Shown: positions 52,416 to 64,000 of the stretch, piece after piece
How the letters are laid out: each line of letters opens with the position of its first letter
How positions within the stretch are numbered: position 1 is the stretch's first letter
NCBI RefSeq assembly: GCF_006345805.1
Contig: NC_043009.1
Coordinates: forward strand, 18,104,001-18,168,000
From: Octopus sinensis
Taxonomy: Eukaryota
Length of the DNA stretch: 64,000 nt
Direction: 5' to 3'
Program-made: the position numbers and the translations under genes
The notes under the pieces: generated by a model
What the model saw: only the letters and a program-made list of their open reading frames with translations
What the model was told of the DNA's origin: nothing
Databases searched by the model: none

Positions 52416-52700
52416 GAAAGCATAGGCATTGCTGTGTTTAAGAAGCTCGCTTCGCAGCCATATGGTTTCGGGTTCAGTCCCACTGCGTAGCATCTTAGGC
52501 AAATGGCTTCTGCTATAGCCTCGGGCCGACTAAATCCCTGTCAGTGGATTTGGCAGAGAGAAACTGAAAGAAGTCCGTCTTATATCTAAGTATATTTGTC
52601 CATGAGTGTGTGTCTGTGTTTGTTCCTACCACCACCACCACCACCACCACTTGACAACCGATGCTGGTGTGTTTGTGTTTCCGTAACTTAGCAAATTCTC
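52179..52700 (+). mobile_element. Two tandem SINE family B copies separated by (TA)n
   Basis: Heads at about 52179 and 52420. Confidence 0.8.
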
Positions 52701-53882
52701 TATAGTAGATTGAATGATACGGGCGAGTGACTTACAGGTTGATTAAAGATAAAATAGAGTAGGTAAATAGAATTAGAACAATAAATGAATAAATTAAATA
52801 CAAATAACAGATGAAATTTGAATATAGATAAGGTAATTTCATGGTTAAGTGAAAGAGGAGGGAAGGTGAGAATGAAGAGAAAGCCAGGAAATGTGAGAGA
52901 GGGGGAACGAAAGAAAGAAGAGTGGAAAGTACGAAGTAAGTGTGAAGGGGCTGATAGAAAGAAAGAAAGAAAGAATGAAAGAATAAGAGAGTCGTACAAA
53001 ATTTATATATATATATATACATACATATAAATTTGACATGGGCGATTCTTTCTTGTCTTGGGACTCACGGTCAAACGGCTGGGTGGAATTACATGAAATA
53101 TTGCACAGATGCGTAGAATGATCCGGTGAAGTTGCTAGGCTTTGTATTTTTCATAGCAACCATAGTTACCGAGATAATCTACTATAATAATACTCTTGTG
53201 TTTATGAATGAGAAAGGAAGGGGTGATAGATGAATAAGGAAGGAAGGGGTGATGTCATACTTGGTAGTGGGATGATGAAAATTGTACGCTGAAAAAATAA
53301 ATCAAGCAGTGTTTCAACTCTGTGTGAATGTATGTGTGTGTGTGTGTGTGTGTGCGCGCAATGGAAGTGGGATTTTTTGTGAAGTCTTTCTTTGTAGTGT
53401 TTCAGTTATTTGTTTTTCAGCTTCAGATGGATTTTTAAAAATTTTCTGTAATATTTCGCATTGGGATTGAGGTATTTAATGTTTTTCAGTTAATTTTTGT
53501 TCTTTTTTGACCTTTGAAAATTTAAAAGATCTTTTACCTATTTTTTAATTCTCTTAATTTTTGTTTTATTTTTTATGTTTGTTTCTGTTGTTTTGTATCT
53601 TTATGTTTTGCATCTTTGTTCGCTTATTATTTGGGTTTATTTTTTGATTTGGTTGAATATTGGTTGTTATTTTGTTGGTCAGTTATTTTTAGCGTTTTGA
53701 CTGAAAAAAAGTCATTCTAAAATTGCATACAGACACACACACACACACATACACACATATATAATATATATATAATATATATATATATATATTATATATA
53801 TATATATATACATACATACATACATACATATATACATACATACATACATACATATATACATACATACATACATATATATTTG

Positions 53883-53928
<46 letters not shown>

Positions 53929-54027
53929 GACACAGACACACACATATATATATATATATATATACATACATATACATATACAAGTATATATATACATATG
54001 TGTGTCTGTGTTTGTGTGTGTGTGTAC

Positions 54028-54615
54028 ACACAAGAGTGGCTGTGTGGTAAGAGGCTTATTTCCCAACCACGTACATCTCGGGTAAGTGATTTCTACTGTA
54101 GCCTCGGGCTGACCAAAGCCTTGTGAGTGGATTTGGTAGACGGGAACTAAAAGAACCCATCGTAGAAATACGAGAGTAGAAAAACAGCCAACAACTGATG
54201 AAGGGTCGCTCTTTATGTTGTATGTCTTGTTTTCCATTTATGTCTTTCGTTGCTCGAAAAAATAGTTCATGACGTCCTGTGCCCACGTATGCATACACAC
54301 ACACAGATACACACACACATATATATATATATATGCCTATAGATGTATGTACATATACGTATGTACATATGCATATATATATATATATATTATTTATATT
54401 ATAGATATGTGTGTGCGTGTGTGTGTGTATTTGTGCGTGTGTCTCCACCCCCACCAGTGCTTTGCTAACTGAAGTTCGTGTGTTTATGCCCCCGTAGCTT
54501 AGCGCTTCGGCAATGTGGCCGATATAATTAACATTAGGTTTATAAAGACTAAAGTCGATTTGTTCGACTAAAGGTGGTGCTCCAACATGGCTACAGTCAA
54601 ATGATTGAAACAAGT
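54028..54615 (+). mobile_element. SINE family B split by a pLTR-like insertion (about 54162-54290) and microsatellite
   Basis: Head gagtggctgtgtggtaag, tail gaaacaagtaaaaga; the insert carries aacagccaacaactgatgaagggtcg, also seen at 63220 and 63600. Confidence 0.75.
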
Positions 54616-54796
54616 AAAAGACTTTTGGTCTTTACGCATAGGATATTGGAATATTGCATATATACCATTATGCCTAAAAAATGGATTTACAACTTTAATA
54701 CCCACACATATCTTGCATCTATTTTCTTTCCTCCACCTCACTCTCTATTTTGTATCACATCTAAACTAACTATGACTTAACCAACCTCTCACACCA

Positions 54797-54846
54797 TCTC
54801 CGATGAAGGGATATAATTAATAAATATCCTAGAAACAGCTGTAAGA
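54797..54846 (+). ncRNA. Minimal hammerhead-like motif, U4C core variant
   Basis: tct-CCGATGA-agggatat-aattaataa-atatcct-a-GAAAC-agct-GTA-aga. Confidence 0.6.
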
Positions 54847-55302
54847 CCTTCTATCTATAAATGTTCTAATATCTATCAACCTTGTCCTGCTATTATGTGT
54901 GGGACTCCATTCAACATGTTAAACAAACTAGTCGAGTTATACCTATTAGTCTAAAATAGTTATCATACATATATATATGTGTGTGTAAACATATGCACAC
55001 GCGATCGCACACACACACACATATAAACGCATAATATGAACACAGACATATACACTAATAACACAAGCATATTTGTGTACTGAAGTGTCATGCACACTGA
55101 CTCTTTATGCAAGTTTGGCTACACACACACACATGTGAATGTACTAATTATACCCATATCCACGAATCTCAAGAGAACTGTCTTGAGTTAAACAAAAGAG
55201 AATTATAACACTATTAGTGACGAGCTTGAATTCTACAAAGGAATAAACCTGGATAAACCCCAACGAAATGTATATGCCTGACATACATACATACATACAT
55301 AC

Positions 55303-55333
<31 letters not shown>

Positions 55334-55926
55334 CATACATACATACATACATACATACATACATACATACGTACATGACTACTCCACAATGTCTAAATTC
55401 CAATGAAAGAACCCTGTTTCTTGGTTAGAAACCGGCTCTTTCTCCTTGGTGAGAAATTCCAAAAATATAACAAAGCATACAGACAGACAGACAGACAGAC
55501 CGACAAACTGATATATAGATAGAGATAGATGTGAATATATGGCTTATTAAGAAGCGACATTCTTGTTATACGTACAATCAACGTATATAAACTTATTTGC
55601 TTTTCTTTTTCTTGATATACCGAAATAAAGAGAAAACAAGAAAGGGGGAAGAGAGAGAGAAAGAGAGAGAGAGAAAGGAGTGGAGAAGAAAGAGAAAAAG
55701 AAAGAGACGCACGTGCCTAAGGCACGGAAGGAAAGGAGGACAACAGAAGTTTTTCCAGTGCGGGGTTTAACATGGTGAAAATGGGTCAGCTGAACCAGGA
55801 CCCAAAATGAGTAAATAATTAAGTTTAGAAATGCTCCCTCCCCGTATACATACATGCATACATACATACATACATGCATGCATGCATGCATGCATGCATG
55901 CATACATGCATACATACATACATACA

Positions 55927-55962
<36 letters not shown>

Positions 55963-56012
55963 TATATATATTATATATATATATATAGGGCGGATAATAT
56001 ATAAGTAAATCC

Positions 56013-56202
56013 AAGTAAATCCAAGACATTTGGAGGTCAGACAGAAAATAAACTGTTTTTACTTCAAACTTTTGTAAATTCTTTCTAATACCTGATAAGA
56101 TGAGATTCATCATCGAAACCGGTAAAATTCTATATTTCTTTTATATAATTTTAAAATCATTTTATTAAATTCTTTCTAAATTGAAATGTCTTGGATTTAC
56201 TT
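56013..56202. repeat. 19-bp inverted repeat enclosing a hammerhead-like variant (56092-56124)
   Basis: aagtaaatccaagacattt / aaatgtcttggatttactt; CTGATAA-gatga-gattca-tcatc-GAAAC-cg-GTA. Confidence 0.55.
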
Positions 56203-56281
56203 CTGTGCTGTTTCCGGTCTACATCTTTTAGATATAAAAATTTGATTTGTATAGATCTCTTATCTCTTTTTTCACCAATAT

Positions 56282-56327
<46 letters not shown>

Positions 56328-56358
56328 AAAAAGGGTGAAATATGCAAAAAAGGGTGCA

Positions 56359-56400
<42 letters not shown>

Positions 56401-57185
56401 TGGGGCAGGGTTAGTTGAGTGGGCGGGAAGTTCGTTTGCCATATATGTGGTCTTGCTTTAGTCCCACTAAGTGGCGCCTTGGACATATATGTCTTTCCTC
56501 AAAGTCTCGGACCGACCAAAATCTTGGTACATGTGAACACCGCACGATTTAGTTAAATTCGTTCGGCACGACGGAGCATTTTTAGGGTAAATCCTCATTT
56601 TGTGCTGACTATTACGTTTTAAACATGCGCGAGCGCACGAATGCATGTGTGTGTGTGTAAACATGGTGATTATGCTATATATAGGTGGAGGTATTATAAA
56701 GAGACTAAGGTGAAGTGTTTCATGTCTTGTCACTTGTTTTATCTGCTTCGTTTATTAATTTGTGGTTTACTCAGAAAAATTGGTGAGCAGCGGGATGGGG
56801 GCGGGTGGGGAGGTAATAGTGTAATTGCAATGAAATATAAGACACGCAAAAGGTTGTGTTACAGAAGACGACTATGACGACGAAGTCAGACAAGAGGAGG
56901 GGAGGAACGGGGAGAGGAGAGGAAGATAATGTTTGATAATGATGATGATGCTGGTTGTGAAAAAGAAGAAAAGACATCAGATGAGAAGAAGAAATGCGAT
57001 GATGATGATGATGGAAAATGAAGAATGCTGACTTAGGTAGGGAGAGAGAAAGAGGTGGGAAAATGATCCTTTGAGTCCCATACAGGCAAACACATCTGCT
57101 GTCAGTTAATGTGTGTTTGTGTGTGTGTGTTTGTGTGTGTGTTTGTGTGTGTGTGTTTGTGTGTGTGTGTTTGTGTGTGTGTGTT

Positions 57186-57218
<33 letters not shown>

Positions 57219-57548
57219 ATTTATATGCCATGCAGCGTGTATGCGTGCGAATAGATATGAATGTTTTGTCGGTATTTATGCGCACGGGTATGTGTGAGAA
57301 TGTTTTGTGTACGAGTATGTATGGATGGGAGTAGTATATGTGTGTGTGTGTGTGTGTGTGTAGAAAGAGAGAGAACAGAACGGACACCAGGCACTGACTG
57401 TCACGTTTTTATGACATATCTTCTGGCTACGCGGGTAAGACGAGACAGTCGTTGTTAGGTGTGAGGTAAGAGGAGATGATGGTTCGAAAGGCAATCCACT
57501 TATCTTCTTTTCTACTCTCAAAAGTCGGCTGATTTTGAAAGAGAGCAG

Positions 57549-57588
<40 letters not shown>

Positions 57589-58341
57589 AAATAATAATAA
57601 TAATAATAATGATATGACGGCGACGCTGAAGTGTGGGTTGCACGACATTTTGTCTTTTGTCGTCGTCGTTGTTTAGTGTTGTTGTTGTTATAATTGCTTC
57701 CCTGCTTGTACATGTATTTGTTGTTGCTGTCGTTATGGTTGCTTCTATTTATTTATTTATTTATCAGCATGCATGCAGGCAGAAAAGAAGAAAAATTGTT
57801 GCAAGCTTCATGAAGAAAGCAGATGTGAAGTGACTAACTGACACATATAGAGATTTCTCGCTGGTAACTCAGAAAATTCTCTAAAACAGATCATGATGCT
57901 CTTCATCTGGGACAACGATGCTATTTTACTTGTTTTCTATATGTTATTTTGCTCAACTCGTCCCATAGCTTCATTTGCACTTTGCTGCGAAGTGAAACAA
58001 TGCTGGGACCTTTAGCTTGATTTTTAGTTGCAGCTTTTTGAAACATCAAAGAATGCAAATTTCAAGACATGTCAGCAGAAAACAAATACAAATAAACAAA
58101 AAGCTGTTTGTTTGGAATCAGATTTCTATATATTCCTTTTTTTTTTCTTTTACTTAATTCCTCAGACATATTTTCTTTTGTCTGCCGTTGATGAGATAAA
58201 AAAATACAATCAGGATAATTTCTTAGACGACATCAAAAAGTATATTCTTCCCCTTCAAAGCAAAGTCAAAAGTTTGATTTCCTAACCGTAAGTCTGTATG
58301 GGTATAATGTGTGCTTATGTATGTGTAAGGCGTATGTATAT

Positions 58342-58393
<52 letters not shown>

Positions 58394-60242
58394 TGCATGT
58401 ATGCTGTACAACAGTTGTACATTGTGAGTGAACTTCATCAATTCGTGATCTCAGGAATTGCAGTTGAAACCGGTTTCCTTCGTTTCTTTCAAATCGCATA
58501 AAAAATTGAAGAACACCACAACTTCCAGTATATGAAGTTTCCACTGGTGTAAGAAGAGTGATATATGTAGCGAAGTTCCACGTTATATAAGACAATGGCA
58601 CACTTTGAATAGTTCATTGACGCCATTTTACTAATGTTGCTAAAACTATCTGGAAGGAACGAATTGCTATTTGGTCATTCACAAAAATGTAGTATCTTGG
58701 GATGTAATTGAATAAAAACCAATAATGCAAGATATATTTACTTATTGTTGGAAAGTTAAGAGGTTGGAAATAGCTGTGGTGAGCGGTACAGATACAATCA
58801 CTGAGTGAGCTGAGTTTGCAATCCAGCTTTGATTCTTAATTACAGAAATAATTTTATGTAATTCTCCGAATATCATTTAGCAATGATGTCACAACCTCTC
58901 ATCCCTTGCTCAACCCAAATATATGGCTCTAAAAAATGTCCTGCATTAAAGTGTTCAATATATATTTATAGACTGATTTTTAAGAACAGGCAATGACATT
59001 TTGTGGCATTCATGTTTCTCTCAAGATCGCTCAATACGAAAAGTATTTTCAACTCTTAATCAACAAAATATTTTATAACCAAATATATGGCATGTAGCGT
59101 TGTAGGTTTGTATAATGTAGAAATAGCCTACTTGCCTACTACACTGGATATTAATACAAGTGAGCAATATCCTTCCCGTGGAAGTATCCTATTCACATCA
59201 GACAAAAGCCTCTTAATTCTCACGTCTTCCAACAAAATTTATTCCTTTGCTTTCACACATAAATTCACCGCTTGTCGCTAGAAACAGCTCCTATGTCGTT
59301 GCTGGGAATAGTAGCCAAATTTCCCATAAATTGCACTATACGGGTAGAGTCATTGGATGAGAATGATATTAGATGGTCATTTGGAAAATACCCCTGGTCA
59401 GAGATTTGCTTCATGAGCATGGCTAACCAGGAGGTAAAAATACGCTCAATTTCTTAATTCTTTCTCTTTCTCTCTATTTCTTTGTCTCTCCTTCCCCCCT
59501 CCCTCCCCTCCTCTCTCTGTCTGTTGTATATGAATAGCTGAATATATCTAAGTATATACTATTACTTCATTATTACTACATATACATAACCTCGCACATG
59601 AAACAGTAAATTATTCACTCGTAAATATTTAAATATCTAAAATAGAAACTAAAGATGTTTTAGGTCAAGAGAGTCAAAACAAAACCTAATTACTCACAAC
59701 ATGTTATATGAAGGAGTTAGGGACAAAGGTTGATGTGAACCTTTAAACTGAAATCGCATAATACACCAAGAGGGGCAGTGTGGGGTGCGAAGTGAAAGAA
59801 AAAGCAAAAAAAACCAAAACCTTTCATAGTTTTGAGTGCTGTCAAGTAGCAGATTACACACTGTCTTTACATTGTTTTTTAACATCCACAATCATAATTG
59901 TATAATTAAGCAGTTTTCTTCGAAATCATATGGTTTAGGGTTCGACCCTATTGCGTAGTACCTTGGGCAAATGGGTTTTTTTTTTCACCATAACCGTGGG
60001 TCAATTAAAACCGTGTGAGCAGAATTTAGTAGTTACGTGCAACATCTGTGTTTGTAATTGTGCCTGTGGTTTTTTTTACATACACCGGTCTTAAAGCTGG
60101 TGTTGTCTTTGTGTTGCATTCTCTTAACACACGATTTCGATGATTAGAAATCAACAAAATAAGTGTTTGGCTTGATAGGTTTGACTAAACTCTTATGGCT
60201 GCAGTTCAATGAGTGAAACAAATGAAGGAATGTGTTCATGCG

Positions 60243-60275
<33 letters not shown>

Positions 60276-60439
60276 AAGAAAGAGAGAAAGAGAAAGAGAG
60301 ACAGACAGACAGAGTGTACTGTTTAATAATAGTAGTCGAATTACTTAATTCGTAACAATTTAAAGTGTTTGAGATTCAAACAACGTTTTAAAATGTAAAC
60401 ACTTTTTATTGTCACATACACGTTATAGAAATATATTCA

Positions 60440-61400
60440 TTTACTTTGTAACAGAAAGATTCGATCAGTTAAACTTGTGATTCGCTTATAGTAGATCTCG
60501 GCTAGTCTACTTATTGTTCCTGAAAACAATTTTTATCAACTCTTTATCTCCGCTAGAAACATATCTTTTTTTTATCTTTTCAAATCCTTTCAACACGAAA
60601 AGATACATCAACACAGAAAATGTCTTCTCTTGCCGTCTTGGTGGCCACCATCAACGCAACAAACAAGCTTGTTTTTCTCGAAACTATCACCAGTCAACGC
60701 GAGAGCCATTTTACCTGCCTCTTCAACACATGGGGCTTACTGCATCTACCACAATCAGTACCCAACCCAACAGTAACAACAAACCAACTATAGTGATTAC
60801 AACCAAACTGACTCACTGGCCTTTCTTGTTGCAATCTATCATCTTCAAAACCAAGCATCTGCATACATATTGCAAACATATATTTGAATCGAACGATATT
60901 CAATATTAATTGCTGTAGATCTTTTGTAATAAATATTTTTAAATAAAGATTTAAATGAAGCAAGCAACCTTTCTGGAGTGGGAACTGCGAGTGGGGAATA
61001 ATATGACTATATTTGTAATTTTGACCAGAATAAACTTTGGTAATATCTCTAAACACTATCATAACGCTTTCTGACATTTTCTCCAATCAACCACTTTTCG
61101 TATCAATCGGAAAGACAATAAGAAAAGTTTGATTTTCGCGCCTAAAGTTCTCGTGAATATTCTATAATCTTTTACTGTGCTTAAAAAAAAACTCGGAGTT
61201 CAGCCCTCTGTTGGTACTTTCCTTATTGCGACGAAAGCTGTGTCTATAAACCCACATTTAAGAAGGTAACTTTCATCCATCAACCTTCTTTCTAAAAGAT
61301 TATTCCTGTTGTAACCGGTAACTCAGGCATAAATGTATATATTTCAACCCTCATTTTCGGTAATCTCATCATTTGTCATTTCGCACTTCTGACATTCATA
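60440..61400 (-). pseudogene. Possible Merlin/IS1595-type DDE transposase relic, unit 1
   Basis: Weak pattern IDTAFVAIRKY...TFLIV...VFRDITKVY...YSHIIPHSQF; 60440-60960 duplicated at 62500-62990. Confidence 0.3.
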
Positions 61401-61775
61401 CAACAAATTATAAATTATATTTATATAAATGTTAGGTGCTGTTAATAGAGATATTTGAAGATAATTCTTCCCTTTAAACTTATTGTTATTGATTATTCAG
61501 TTTGTTAAACACAATACATGTACAAAATGGTGACTCTGACGTAAACAACGACAGTTTTCCTATGCACAATATTCAGTCTCGCTTAAATATCTACACATCT
61601 GTATAAATAAATCGGCTTCTGTCGACTCAAACACAAATACGAACGCGTCTGCTGGGCATTCAGGTATACAACGGTCCAAATCTTCTCTCCTGGTACCTAA
61701 GATGCATACCCTTTCCTGGCGTTACATCGACTTTTCGATGTACATTCTTTATAAACAACTTTAAACTATACTAGA

Positions 61776-62442
61776 CAGTGGCGGCTCGTAGATAAAATTA
61801 GGGATCTAATTTTTAGTCGGGGTGCTGCTTCAGAAAAATTTTAGCCGTTTAATATTGTGCAAAAGAAAATAAACATATAAAAAGAAATTTTATACGTAAA
61901 CTTGATCGGTTCGTGTTTTAGCCACTGCCGGTTAGTGTGTTTATTTGTTCACTGAACACTGCCCCGAAACCCCCTTGTTTTTCAAAAATCCCCGCTAAAC
62001 CACAAAATAAGGGAGGGGAATCTGCCCTATTTTTCAAATCCAGGCAGCGGGAAGCAGGATAATAATCTAATTCTAAACTTTATCATATTCAAGAATATAA
62101 ACAAGTTTTTAAGCACAACACACGCGGAGTCAAAAAGAAACACTACCTTTCACTGCGTGAACGACAGGGAGAGCCCTGGCGTGCATTTTCCTATCTCGGA
62201 CATGTGAGCATGCGCACAACAGCCAAACACCGCGTCGCTGGAACTGTGAAGCGCACAGTTCTACACAAGGATTTTGGTATTTTTTCATAAACTAGGGAAA
62301 GGCTACTGACATTAAGCTCAAGGATTATATAATGTACAATATAAAGAAAGAATTAAAGAAAAAAGGACTCATCATATTGAATGTTATCGAGTGAAGTAGG
62401 GGGTGCTGCAGTTCCACAGTTGCTATACCCGAGCCGCCACTG
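61776..62442. mobile_element. Non-autonomous hAT element (667 bp)
   Basis: TIR cagtggcggctcg / cgagccgccactg; 8-bp TSD atactaga / ataccaga with one mismatch. Confidence 0.9.
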
Positions 62443-62499
62443 ATACCAGACTTCTCATTTTGTTCATTGTTTATCAGTCATCTTTCGGCAAGGGCAGTT

Positions 62500-63209
62500 G
62501 TGTATGGGAAAACACCGTAGAGATGCGATCAGTTAAAAACTTTCGATTAGTTCATTGTAAATCTCGACTCGTTTTACTAGTCAACGAGCTCCAATCTACA
62601 CTAGAGACAGAAAAACTATTCATTTTCCTTGCCACTATTACCAGTCAACACAAGAACTAAGTTACCTGCCTCTTCAACACGAGAAGCTTGCTGCTTCTAC
62701 CAACATCGCTACCCAACAGCAACAATAAGCCGACTAGAATGATGATAATCAATCTGGCCCGCCAGCCTAACTTGTCACAAACACACACACACGCAACAAA
62801 CAATGCGAAAACATGTTCACAACCACGCAGTTGCTCATGTATTGCCAAACATGTATTTCAAACGATCGACATTAAATGTTAATTGTTCCAAGCATTTCGT
62901 AAATAAATTTTTGTATATATAACAATATATAAGTTGTTTACGCATTCATAGATGCAAAACCATTTACTAATCGTTTCCAACTTTTATTAGAATATTATGG
63001 AAATTCGAACTTGACGATTCACTCAAGGAGCCTCGACATGATCGCGCGACCAACTCGCAGAAATCACGTTCGCCGCCTTCGATAAAGGAGGGTTCATTGG
63101 GAGTCTCTCATATTCAAGACAACTGAATGAGGGTAAAATAGCGAACGCTATTTGACCAGACAAAAGATAGAAGGGAGTGACAGATAGGATACGTTCAGCC
63201 ACTAAGAGT

Positions 63210-63210
<1 letters not shown>
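62500..63210 (-). pseudogene. Possible Merlin-type relic, unit 2 (diverged paralog of unit 1)
   Basis: DNA similarity to 60440-60960; SGQIAF...NVISASW...VNR loosely fits the IISD.W..Y...VNH pattern. Confidence 0.25.
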
Positions 63211-63660
<450 letters not shown>

Positions 63661-63773
63661 CAATATACACTTTATTTAAAACAGTTGCTCCCGCAAAACA
63701 AATTAAATAAAATTTGGGATTTTGCGGAGGGTTAAAATAGGTAGCACAAACAGGACAGTGAAAACAAACAGGA

Positions 63774-63828
<55 letters not shown>

Positions 63829-63862
63829 CGCATACATATATATATGTTATATATATATGAAT

Positions 63863-63947
<85 letters not shown>

Positions 63948-64000
63948 AATATATATATATATATATGTATGTATGTATATATATATTATATATATATATA

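Overview
AT-rich eukaryotic genomic DNA saturated with microsatellites ((TA)n, (TATG)n, (CA)n, (GA)n, (AAT)n) and interspersed repeats. The tRNA-headed SINE families and repeat style resemble a coleoid cephalopod, most likely Octopus (inference). I could not confidently identify a host protein-coding gene, so the window reads as a large intron or intergenic region; only a few short candidate exons are visible. Most ORF-track entries are microsatellite artefacts. Recognisable content is decayed mobile DNA: mariner and Tc1 elements, two hAT transposase relics, a Helitron RepHel relic, a Helentron-type HINE, Tx1/L1, RTE, HERO-like and clustered R4/Dong-like LINE pieces, a Penelope-like GIY-YIG fragment, hAT, piggyBac and Merlin-like non-autonomous elements, and at least four SINE families. 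The most notable layer is a set of about ten minimal hammerhead-ribozyme-like motifs, most with a palindromic helix III. Several sit in inverted-repeat units, including a near-perfect 450-bp palindrome with a hammerhead on each strand. All assignments are by eye, without database searches.
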